DNA from: Gaiellaceae bacterium
GTDB lineage: Bacteria; Actinomycetota; Thermoleophilia; Gaiellales; Gaiellaceae
Direction of reading: 5' to 3'
NCBI GenBank assembly: GCA_035473635.1
Contig: DATIOD010000055.1
Coordinates: 4,685 to 68,684 of the forward strand
DNA length: 64,000 nt
Shown here: positions 36,367 to 44,649 of the stretch, piece by piece
Layout: each line of letters opens with the position of its first letter
Numbering within the stretch: the stretch's first letter is position 1
Program-made: the position numbers and the translations under genes
Notes under the pieces: generated by a model
The model's database searches: none
What the model was told of the DNA's origin: nothing
Seen by the model: only the letters and a program-made list of their open reading frames with translations

Positions 36367-37917
36367 ATGAAGAGCAAGAGCGATCGCACGATCAGCCGCC
36401 GGGGGTTCCTCGGCACGATGGGGGCGGGGGCAGGTGCCCTGGCACTCAATCCGGCGGCAGCGCTGGGGGCGCCCAAGGCGCCTCCAGCGCGCGCGGCCGA
36501 GCGCGCCGACCACTTCGGGCGGATCTTCCGGCTACGGCCGTTCGCCGAGCACACGCCGGCGGTGGAGAGCGCGCTCGTCGAGCTCGGGCGGCCGGGCGGC
36601 CTCCTCGACGCGGCCGACCAGCTCTCGGCAGGGCCGAAGGCGCTGATCGTCGACCCATCGCTGAGCGCGAACAACCCGAACAACCCGACGCACACCGCCG
36701 GGACGACCTTCTTCGGGCAGTTCCTCGACCACGACATCACCTTCGACGCGGGGTCGAAGCTCGGCCAGGCCACGCCGCCCGAGAACGCCCGCAACTTCCG
36801 CACGCCTGCGCTCGACCTCGACTCGGTCTACGGCGCCGGGCCGGTCGCGCAGCAGGAGCTGTATGAGCCCGACGACCACATCAAGCTGAAGGTGGAGAGC
36901 GGCGGCCTGTTCGAGGACCTGCCGCGGCGCGCCGACGGTACGGCGGTGATCGGCGACCCGCGCAACGACGAGAATCTGATGATCGCGGGCCTCCAGTGCG
37001 CGTTCCTGCTCTTCCACAACCGCGCTGTCGATCTGGTCCGCTCGGAGCAGGCGTCGCTCGACTCCTCGCTCGTGTTCGCCGAGGCGCGGAGGCTGACGAC
37101 CTGGCACTACCACTGGCTCGTGCTGCACGAGTTCCTGCCGCAGATCGTCGGGCAGTCGATGGTGGACGACGTCCTGCGGCACGGGCGTCGCTACTACAGA
37201 CCGCTGCCGAGCGAGGCGTTCATGCCGGTCGAGTTCCAGACCGGCACGTACCGGATGGGGCACAGCATGGTGCGGCCGTCGTACCGCGCGAACCTCGCCG
37301 GCGACCACGGCCAGCCGTTCTTCGCCTTCGTGTTCGACCCGTCCATCCAGGGATCGGCCGACCCGGGCGACTGCCGCGGCGGTGCCCGCGCACCGCGTCG
37401 CTTCATCGGCTGGCAGACGTTCTTCGACTTCGGCGATGGTGAGGTGAAGCCGAACAAGAAGATCGACACGAAGCTGTCGACACCGCTCTTCAACCTGCCG
37501 CTCGGCGCGATCGCGAGCCACGACGCGCCGACCGCGTTGCCGCAGCGAAACCTCCTTCGCCATCTGACGTGGGAGCTGCCCTCCGGCCAGAGCGTCGCGC
37601 GCACGATGGGCGTGCCGAGGCTCTCGGCCGCGGACCTACGCGAGCTCGATCAGCTGGGTGTCGGCTTCGAGGAGAGCACGCCGCTCTGGTACTACGTGCT
37701 CAAGGAGGCCGAGGTGATCGCGGACGGACTGCACCTCGGTCCGGTTGGCGGCCGTATCGTCGCCGAGGTCTTCGTCGGTCTGCTCCAGTCCGACCCTGCG
37801 TCGTACCTCTCGGCGCAGCCGGGTTGGACGCCGACGCTCCCGAGCAAGAGCGGGACGTTCCGGATGACGGACTTCCTCACGTTCGCGGGGGTCGACCCGC
37901 ACTCGCGCGGGCAATGA
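36367..37917 (+). CDS. Tat-exported haem peroxidase of the peroxidase-cyclooxygenase ('animal haem peroxidase') superfamily
   Basis: ATG 36367 after GGGAGGGG. Twin-arginine motif SRRGFLG (36394-36411). FFGQFLDHDITFD distal-His motif, GDPRNDEN, WHYHWLVLHEFLP, YRMGHSMV. Confidence 0.8.
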   Translation: MKSKSDRTISRRGFLGTMGAGAGALALNPAAALGAPKAPPARAAERADHFGRIFRLRPFAEHTPAVESALVELGRPGGLLDAADQLSAGPKALIVDPSLSANNPNNPTHTAGTTFFGQFLDHDITFDAGSKLGQATPPENARNFRTPALDLDSVYGAGPVAQQELYEPDDHIKLKVESGGLFEDLPRRADGTAVIGDPRNDENLMIAGLQCAFLLFHNRAVDLVRSEQASLDSSLVFAEARRLTTWHYHWLVLHEFLPQIVGQSMVDDVLRHGRRYYRPLPSEAFMPVEFQTGTYRMGHSMVRPSYRANLAGDHGQPFFAFVFDPSIQGSADPGDCRGGARAPRRFIGWQTFFDFGDGEVKPNKKIDTKLSTPLFNLPLGAIASHDAPTALPQRNLLRHLTWELPSGQSVARTMGVPRLSAADLRELDQLGVGFEESTPLWYYVLKEAEVIADGLHLGPVGGRIVAEVFVGLLQSDPASYLSAQPGWTPTLPSKSGTFRMTDFLTFAGVDPHSRGQ

Positions 37918-37923
37918 CGCGCG

Positions 37924-40900
37924 TCAAGCCGGCGAACGTGGCCGCTCGACCGCGTCGAGTCGAGCGAGCGCGGGCTTCGCTCGCAGCCGCTCGAAGGTCG
38001 CGCGCGCATCGGCGAAGAGCGGTTCCGCCTCGTCGCGGCGTCCCATCCTGTCGAGCAGCGCGCCGAGCTCGATCTGCGCCTTCGCGAGCTCGAAGGGGCA
38101 GTGGAGCTCTCCGAAGAGCTCGATCGAGCGGACGTACGCGGCCTCTGCCACATCGTGCTCGCCGCGCGAATCGGCCGCCGCGGCGCGGAAGCGCTCGCGG
38201 TGCGCCTCGAGCGCCGGCGTTCGGTCGCTCGGCTGCATGCGGTCCCACTCGCCGAACAGCGAGAAGGCGTTCTCGTAGTCGCCGAGCTCCACGGCGATCT
38301 CCCCCGCCGTGATCAGCAGCCCCTTCGTGAGGGGATGACGCGGCGGGATTCGGTTCTCGTCGGTCAACGCGCGTTGGATTGCGGCAAGCGCCTCCGCAGG
38401 GCGGCCCTCGGCGCGGAGGACCAGCGCCTCCGACCAGAGGTACGCGACCCGGTACTGAACCTCGGCCGAGGTGCGTCCGGCGCTGCTCGCGTCGAGCATA
38501 CGGCGCGCTGCCTCGGCCTCGCCGCGCGCCGTCAACAGCACGGTCGAGCCGTTCATGCGGTCGAGGACGTTCCGGTCGCTGAGTCGGACTGCGAGCTCCG
38601 CCAGCAGCTGCTCTGCCTCGTCCCATTCGCCGAGCGCGAGCTGCGAGTAGACGAGATGGCCCTTGGTGAGCGTCTCCGCGACCCGGTCGCCACGACGGTG
38701 AGCGTGCGCGAGAGAGAGCTCGTCGGTCCGCTTCGCGCCGAGGAAGTCGTCGCGCGTCGCCTGGTTGTAGGAGAGGTTGTAGAGCGCGCGGTTGAATGCC
38801 TGCCACGCGTCGGCCCGCTCGGCGATCTCGATTGCATGTCTGAGAAGCGCGAGTGCCTCCTCGTGCCGGCCGGCTGCTGAGAGAACCAGATGCTTGGTGT
38901 CGAGCGCCTCTGCGAGCACTGCCGGAATCTCGAGCGCCTCCGCGATCTCGAGCGCTCGCTCCACGCGCACCGAAGCCCCTTCCACGTCGCCGAGGAAGAA
39001 GCGAAGGCGCGCCCGGACTTCGGCGAGGGCGGCGAGGTCTGCATCTGGCTCCTCGTCCGCGAACGACTCGAGAGCGTCTTCCAGCAGCTGTGACCCGCTC
39101 TCCAGATCGCCGGCCTGCCACGTCGCCCAGCCCTGCCAGGCCGCGGCGCGGGCGGCCGCGTGGAGCTCACCCGTCTCGCGGTAGAGGCGTGACGCCTCCG
39201 CGAAGAGCGGGATCGCGTCGTCGAACGGGCCGACCTCGATCGCCGCCATCCCTGCCTTCTCGTGGAGGTCGGCTCGAGCGAGCCCGTCATCCGTGAGTGC
39301 CGCCGCCTGCTCGAAGTAGCTCTGCGCCTCGGCGGAGGCCGCGAGCGCCGCCGCGCGTTCGCCCGCCTCCGCGAGCCGACTTGCAGCTCGTTCCTTGATC
39401 GCCGGTGCGTCGGCGTCTTCCGGTGCGACGCGGTAGGCGTCGATGTAGTGGGCGGCGACGACGGCCACCGCCTCCTGCTCGGCGGAGCCCGTCGCTCGTT
39501 CGAGGTAGGCGGCGGCGGCGAGGTGTCGAGCTCGCCGCTCCCTGCGCGCAAGCGTCTCGTACGCGACGCGCTTGAGCAGGTCCTGCAGGAATGCATACTG
39601 GCCGCGCTCCGGTGAGCGAGGGTCGGCCTGGAGCGAGACGATCTCCTTGCGCGCGAGCGACTGGAGCACGCGGTCGGCATCGTCCGGATCGAGGCCCGAG
39701 AGGGCCGCCACTCCCTCTTTCGTGAAGCTCTTGCCGAGCACGGAGGCGTCCTGGAGCACACGCCGCTCCTCGGCCGAGAGCCCGTCGAGCCTGGCGGCGA
39801 GGAGCGCGTGCAGGGTCTCCGGCACCTCGAGCGAGTCGACCGGCCCCGTGACCGCGTAGCTGTCGCCCTGCCGTTCGATCAGACCCTGATCGAGCAGCAT
39901 CCGCACGGTCTCGACGGCGTAGAGCGGCACGCCTTCTGCGCGATCGAGGATCCGCGCGCGCAGGTCGGCGGGCAAGCCCGGCACGAGCCCCTCGAGCAGC
40001 TGATCCATCGCCTGCTCCGACAGCGGCTCGAGCATGAGCGTCGTCGAGTTCCTCGTCGCCGCACCCCAGCCGGGACGCCGGTCGGCAAGCTCCGGACGCG
40101 TGAGTGCGAGGACGAAGAGCGAGTGGCTCCGCGACCAGTCGAGCAGGTAGTCGACGAAGTCGAGGAGGCCCGGGTCGGCCCACTGGAGGTCCTCGAACAC
40201 GAGCACGGTCGGCAGCGTCTCGGCGAGCCGCTCGAAGAAGAGGCGCCATGCCGAGTAGAGGTCCTCCCGATCCGGCGCGGTGCGCTCGGTGAGGCCGAGC
40301 AGATGCTCGAGCCGCGGCTCGAGCCATTCGCGCTCGTCGGTGTCCGCGATGTGGTCGGCGAGGGCTTCGTGCAGCTTCGCCCGCGCCGCCTCGGCCGGCT
40401 CGTCCTCCGCGATCCCGGCGCGCATGCGCACCATCTCGGCCAACGCCCAGTAGGCGACTCCGTCTCCGTACGCGAGGCAGCGGCCGCGGTGCCACCAGAC
40501 TGTCTCGAGCAGGCCGTCGAGGTACTTCTCGAACTCCCAGCCGAGGCGCGACTTGCCGATGCCGGCGATCCCGACCACCGAGACGAGATGCGCCTTGCCT
40601 TCCTCTGCCGACGCATGGAAGAGCTCCTTGACGAGCCGCAGCTCGCGCTCGCGGCCGACGAATGGCGGCTCGAGCACGTCGGCGTGCCTCACCCCGCGGC
40701 TCCGCGCGGTCACGCGGAGTGCACGCCAGAGGTGAGTGGAGCCGCTCTTCCCCTTCAGCTCGTGCGCGCCCGCGTCCTCGAAGGCAACTGCAGCCTCCGC
40801 CGCACGCTTCGTCGCGTCGTCGACGAGGACCGTTCCCGGCGCCGCCGTGGACTGGATTCGCGACGCCGTGTTGACGAGGTCCCCGGCAACCATGCCCTGC

Positions 40901-41433
40901 CCTTCGGCGCCGAGCGTCACCGCAGCCTCACCGGTGTCGACGCCGACGCGCGCGCCGAGGCCGGGCGCGGCGAGCTCGGCGCCGAGCACCTCGACGGCGG
41001 CCGCCAGATCGAGCGCGGCGCGCACTGCGCGCTCCGCGTCGTCCTCTCGCGCGATCGGCGTTCCCCAGACCGCCATCACGGCGTCCCCGATGAACTTCTC
41101 CACCGTGCCGCCGTAGCGCCCGATCAGGCGACGGCAGGTGTCGAAGTAGCGCGAGAGCAGGTCGCGTACCTCCTCGGCGTCTCGTGTCTCCGCCAGCGTG
41201 GTGAAGCCGACGAGATCGGCGAACAGCACGGAGACGAGTCGACGTTCGGCAGCGGGGCCTGCTGCAGTAGTCGCGGGCCCGGCGAGCGCCGCCCCGCACT
41301 CGCCGCAGAAGTTCTTTCCCGGCGGGCTCTCGGCGCCGCACGCCGGGCAGCGACTGCCGAGCGCGCCTCCGCAGTCGCCGCAGAACCGCTTGCCGGCAGG
41401 GTTCTCGGCGCCGCAGGTCGGGCAGGCGATCAC
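37924..41433 (-). CDS. double zinc-ribbon + class III adenylate/guanylate cyclase + AAA_16 P-loop NTPase + TPR protein (1169 aa)
   Basis: CPTCG..FCGDCG / CPACG..FCGECG. Cyclase VLFADLVGFT (41200-41223), FIGDAVMAVWG, NTASR. FVGRERELRL followed by GIAGIGKS (40549-40572). About 500-aa helical-repeat C-terminus. Confidence 0.85.
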   Translation of the reverse strand: MIACPTCGAENPAGKRFCGDCGGALGSRCPACGAESPPGKNFCGECGAALAGPATTAAGPAAERRLVSVLFADLVGFTTLAETRDAEEVRDLLSRYFDTCRRLIGRYGGTVEKFIGDAVMAVWGTPIAREDDAERAVRAALDLAAAVEVLGAELAAPGLGARVGVDTGEAAVTLGAEGQGMVAGDLVNTASRIQSTAAPGTVLVDDATKRAAEAAVAFEDAGAHELKGKSGSTHLWRALRVTARSRGVRHADVLEPPFVGRERELRLVKELFHASAEEGKAHLVSVVGIAGIGKSRLGWEFEKYLDGLLETVWWHRGRCLAYGDGVAYWALAEMVRMRAGIAEDEPAEAARAKLHEALADHIADTDEREWLEPRLEHLLGLTERTAPDREDLYSAWRLFFERLAETLPTVLVFEDLQWADPGLLDFVDYLLDWSRSHSLFVLALTRPELADRRPGWGAATRNSTTLMLEPLSEQAMDQLLEGLVPGLPADLRARILDRAEGVPLYAVETVRMLLDQGLIERQGDSYAVTGPVDSLEVPETLHALLAARLDGLSAEERRVLQDASVLGKSFTKEGVAALSGLDPDDADRVLQSLARKEIVSLQADPRSPERGQYAFLQDLLKRVAYETLARRERRARHLAAAAYLERATGSAEQEAVAVVAAHYIDAYRVAPEDADAPAIKERAASRLAEAGERAAALAASAEAQSYFEQAAALTDDGLARADLHEKAGMAAIEVGPFDDAIPLFAEASRLYRETGELHAAARAAAWQGWATWQAGDLESGSQLLEDALESFADEEPDADLAALAEVRARLRFFLGDVEGASVRVERALEIAEALEIPAVLAEALDTKHLVLSAAGRHEEALALLRHAIEIAERADAWQAFNRALYNLSYNQATRDDFLGAKRTDELSLAHAHRRGDRVAETLTKGHLVYSQLALGEWDEAEQLLAELAVRLSDRNVLDRMNGSTVLLTARGEAEAARRMLDASSAGRTSAEVQYRVAYLWSEALVLRAEGRPAEALAAIQRALTDENRIPPRHPLTKGLLITAGEIAVELGDYENAFSLFGEWDRMQPSDRTPALEAHRERFRAAAADSRGEHDVAEAAYVRSIELFGELHCPFELAKAQIELGALLDRMGRRDEAEPLFADARATFERLRAKPALARLDAVERPRSPA

Positions 41434-41443
41434 GGAAGGCAGC

Positions 41444-42037
41444 CTATTCGGCGGCGCGGCCGAAGATGGAGCTCTCGAGAACGTAGAAGAGCGCGACTAG
41501 CGCGTAGAGCACGACCGCGAGGTACGCCGACACGAACGCACTCGCCGTCGCGACCCCGTAGATCGCGATGCCCGGCGCGAACGAGCGCGAGATGCCGGAG
41601 ACGAGCCGCGGGTCGGCCGTGTCGGCGAGCAGCCTGCCTCCCCGGGCGGCGTAGTACCAGAGCGCGCCGTAGCAGATCGCCATCGCCGTGTACGTGAGCC
41701 CGTAGGCGATGGCGGCTGCCTTCGACCCGTCCTTGAGGTGCTCGGCGAGCACACGGGTCGGGAACGGCGTGAAGGCGACGACCATCAGGAACACGACGTT
41801 GATGAACAGGAACGTCCGATCGACCCGGCCGATCTGCGTGAACACGGTGTGGTGGTTCACCCAGACGATGCCGAGCGTCAGGAACGAGATCGCGTAGACG
41901 GCGTACGACGGCCACGCGTCGACCAGTTGATGCGCAACCGATCCTCCACCGCTCAGGTTGACGTCGAGGATCAACAGCGTCGCCGCGATCGCGAAGACGC
42001 CGTCGCTGAATGTCTCGAGCCGCGCGGTCCCGTCCAC
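41444..42037 (-). CDS. TMEM175/DUF1211-family putative potassium channel
   Basis: GTG 42037 within ORF 41444..42541. RLETFSDGVFAIAATLLILD signature and six TM helices. The stop is 10 nt before the cyclase start. Confidence 0.75.
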   Translation of the reverse strand: MDGTARLETFSDGVFAIAATLLILDVNLSGGGSVAHQLVDAWPSYAVYAISFLTLGIVWVNHHTVFTQIGRVDRTFLFINVVFLMVVAFTPFPTRVLAEHLKDGSKAAAIAYGLTYTAMAICYGALWYYAARGGRLLADTADPRLVSGISRSFAPGIAIYGVATASAFVSAYLAVVLYALVALFYVLESSIFGRAAE

Positions 42038-42060
42038 GTGCGCCAGTTTAGGATCGAGGC

Positions 42061-43212
42061 GTGTCGTTCTCGGGCTCGATGATCCAGAACGCGATCTACA
42101 TCGCACAGCAGCCGCCGGAGTGGCCGATCGCAGCGGACGACTGGGAGCGGGCGGCGGTGGCGAAGCTCGATCCCGCCGCGTACGGCTACATCGCCGGCGG
42201 TGCGGGCGGCGAGTCGACGATGCGGGCGAACCTGGACGCCTTCCACCGGTACCGCATCCGCCCCCGGATGCTCGCCGGTCATACCTCGCGCGACCTCTCC
42301 GTCGAGGTGGTCGGGCTCCGGTCGGCCGCGCCCTTCCTGCTCGCGCCGATCGGCGTGCTCTCGATCGCGCACCAGGACGCCGAGCCGGCCGTCGGCCGCG
42401 CGAGTGCCTCCTCGGGCGTGCCGATGATCCTGTCGGGCGCCGCGACGCACTCACTCGAGGAGGTCGCCGAGACCGGCTGTCCGCGCTGGTATCAGCTCTA
42501 CTGGCCGAACGATCGCGAGCTGTGTGCGAGCTTCGTCGCACGCGCCGAGGCCGCCGGCTATTCGGCGATCGTCGTCACGCTCGACACGCTCACCCTCGGC
42601 TGGCGCCCGCGCGACCTGCGGGCGTCGTACCTGCCGTTCCTCGGCGGCGAGGGCTGCGGCGTCTACTTCAGCGACCCGGTCTTCCTCTCGCGGCTCGCGA
42701 AGCCGCCTGAGGAGGACATCCTCACCGCGGCCGCGACGATGCTGACGCACTTCCCCAACCTCGGCCTGGCCTGGGACGATCTCGACTGGCTGCGCGGGCA
42801 GACCTCGCTGCCGCTGCTCGTCAAGGGCGTGTTGACGGCCGACGACGCAGAGCGCGCGCTGGCGCACGGCATGGACGGCGTGATCGTCTCGAACCACGGC
42901 GGCCGTCAGGTCGACGGCGCCGTCGCGGCCCTCGACGCCCTCGCCGAGGTGCGCGACGCGCTCCCGGACGGAGTCGTGCTGATGGACGGCGGCATCCGGT
43001 GCGCCGCGGACATCGTCAAGGCGATCGCGCTCGGCGCCGACGCCGTCCTGCTCGGCCGGCCGTACGCGTACGCGCTCGCCGTCGGCGGCCAGCGCGGCGT
43101 CGAGGAGCTCGTCCAGAACCTGATGGCGGAGCTCGAGCTGACGCTCGCGCTCGCCGGCGTCGGCTCGGTGAAGGAACTCGACCGCACGTGGCTGAGCACG
43201 GCGTCGTCCTGA
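42061..43212 (+). CDS. FMN-dependent alpha-hydroxy-acid oxidase/dehydrogenase (lactate 2-monooxygenase-like)
   Basis: YIAGGAG, LVKGVLTADDA, VSNHGGRQVDG, GGIRCAADIVKAIALGA. The start could be ATG 42079. Confidence 0.85.
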   Translation: MSFSGSMIQNAIYIAQQPPEWPIAADDWERAAVAKLDPAAYGYIAGGAGGESTMRANLDAFHRYRIRPRMLAGHTSRDLSVEVVGLRSAAPFLLAPIGVLSIAHQDAEPAVGRASASSGVPMILSGAATHSLEEVAETGCPRWYQLYWPNDRELCASFVARAEAAGYSAIVVTLDTLTLGWRPRDLRASYLPFLGGEGCGVYFSDPVFLSRLAKPPEEDILTAAATMLTHFPNLGLAWDDLDWLRGQTSLPLLVKGVLTADDAERALAHGMDGVIVSNHGGRQVDGAVAALDALAEVRDALPDGVVLMDGGIRCAADIVKAIALGADAVLLGRPYAYALAVGGQRGVEELVQNLMAELELTLALAGVGSVKELDRTWLSTASS

Positions 43213-44219
43213 GCGAGCGCGGGCGCGTCGCGCTCGAGGAGATCGAGGTCGACGAGCCGCAGCCCGGCGAGGTGCTCGTGCGCATCGAGGCGACGGGCGT
43301 CTGCCACAGCGACCTGCACGTGATCGAGGAGGACGGCTGGGGCCACCCGTATCCCGTCCTGCTCGGGCACGAGGGCGCCGGCACGGTCGAGGCGGTCGGC
43401 GACGGGGTCGGGTCGGTCGCCGTCGGGGATCGCGTCGTCCTCGGCTGGAAGACGGCGTGCGGCGCGTGCGCGGCGTGCAGGCGCGGTGCCCCGCGCCAGT
43501 GCAAGGCGCCGCCCGCGGCGGCCGGGCGCCTGCGCCGGCTGGACGGCGCGGTGCTCACGCCCGTGCTCCGCACCGGCACCTTCGCGACGCGGACGGTCGT
43601 GCCGGCGGTGGCGGCGGTGCCGGTGCCGCGCGAGCTTCCCGTCGAGCAGGCGTGCCTGATCGGCTGCGCCGTCGCGACCGGCGTCCTGTCGGTGCTCGAG
43701 ACGGCGAAGGTTTGGGAGGGGGCGCGGGTCGCGGTCATCGGCTGCGGCGCCGTCGGCCTGTCGGTCGTGCAGGGCGCGCGCCTCGCGGGCGCCTCGGAGA
43801 TCCGCGCGCTCGACACGGAGCGGCGCAAGCAGCAGCAGGCGATCGCGTTCGGCGCGACCGACACCGAGCCGGGCCCGGTCGACTACGTCTTCGACGTCGT
43901 CGGCCGGCGGGCGACGTTCGAGCAGGGACTGTCGCTGCTCGCCGCCGGTGGCACGTATGTCTTGATCGGGCTCTCGCCCGCGGGCGAGCGCGGCGAGCTC
44001 GAGCTTCCGCGCCTCTTCGCGAAGCGCGCGCGCATCCTCGTCTCGCACGGAGGCGACCATGTCGCCGAGCAGGACTTCCCGCGGCTCGCCGCGTGGGCGC
44101 TGGAAGGCAAGCTCGACCTCGCCGGCATGGTCACGCGAGTCGGGCCGCTCGACGAGTGGCAGTCGGCGCTCGACGCAATGCAGGGCGGCGAGGTGGTGCG
44201 CACGGTGCTGACGCCGTGA
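43188..44219 (+). CDS. zinc-type alcohol dehydrogenase family protein
   Basis: GTG 43188. GVCHSDLH, LGHEGAG, VIGCGAVG. Confidence 0.8.
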   Translation: MAEHGVVLSERGRVALEEIEVDEPQPGEVLVRIEATGVCHSDLHVIEEDGWGHPYPVLLGHEGAGTVEAVGDGVGSVAVGDRVVLGWKTACGACAACRRGAPRQCKAPPAAAGRLRRLDGAVLTPVLRTGTFATRTVVPAVAAVPVPRELPVEQACLIGCAVATGVLSVLETAKVWEGARVAVIGCGAVGLSVVQGARLAGASEIRALDTERRKQQQAIAFGATDTEPGPVDYVFDVVGRRATFEQGLSLLAAGGTYVLIGLSPAGERGELELPRLFAKRARILVSHGGDHVAEQDFPRLAAWALEGKLDLAGMVTRVGPLDEWQSALDAMQGGEVVRTVLTP

Positions 44220-44632
44220 GCAACGTCGAGCTGTTCCAGCGGATGATCGCCGGCGAGGTTCCGGGCGCGCCGATCGGCGATCTGATCGGCATGCGCATGA
44301 CGGCCGTCGGCGAGGGGACCGCGACCTTCGAGCTCGTCGCAGGCCCGCAGCACACGAGCCCGCCGGGCACGCTCCACGGCGGCATCCTGTGCGACCTCGC
44401 CGACGCCGCCATGGGCTGCGCGAACGCGACGCGCCTCGGTCCCGGCGAGAGCTTCACGACCGTCGAGCTGAAGATCAACTTCCTGAAGCCGGTGTGGGAA
44501 GGACGGTTGACCGCGGTCGGCTCGGTCCTCAAGGCAGGGCGTACGATCGCGCTCACCGACTGCCGAGTCACGGACGACGAGGGATCGCTGGTCGCCTACG
44601 CGACGTCGACCTGCATGACGCTCCGCGAGTAG
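44216..44632 (+). CDS. PaaI-family hotdog thioesterase
   Basis: GTGA overlap with the upstream stop. GTLHGGILCDLADAAMG, TVELKINFLKP. Confidence 0.8.
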   Translation: MSNVELFQRMIAGEVPGAPIGDLIGMRMTAVGEGTATFELVAGPQHTSPPGTLHGGILCDLADAAMGCANATRLGPGESFTTVELKINFLKPVWEGRLTAVGSVLKAGRTIALTDCRVTDDEGSLVAYATSTCMTLRE

Positions 44633-44649
44633 CAGGCTAGGATCGCGCC

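Noticed and set aside
33555-36803. 1082-aa minus-strand ORF, plus many other very long ORFs in the track (e.g. 17829..20300, 15624..17108, 25232..26914, 23565..24884, 33263..35635, 20563..21792 part, 44817..45803 part)
   Set aside because: Their products are Arg/Pro/Gly/Ala-rich with no motifs. They lie antisense or off-frame to genes with clear family signatures and proper third-position GC bias. These are the typical shadow ORFs of a high-GC genome.
37915-37926. Perfect 12-nt palindrome TGACGCGCGTCA formed by the two convergent stop codons of the peroxidase and cyclase genes
   Set aside because: It could be a protein-binding dyad, but a 12-mer made of two stop codons and a GC core is easily produced by chance in this arrangement. 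Mentioned under the neighbourhood finding only.
37924-42037. Pycsar/CBASS-like antiphage reading of the cyclase plus TM protein pair
   Set aside because: The TM protein is a TMEM175-type channel with no cyclic-nucleotide-binding domain. The cyclase is a giant STAND/TPR signalling protein, not a compact PycC-like enzyme. There are no other defence genes or mobile elements around. Kept only as a remote possibility.
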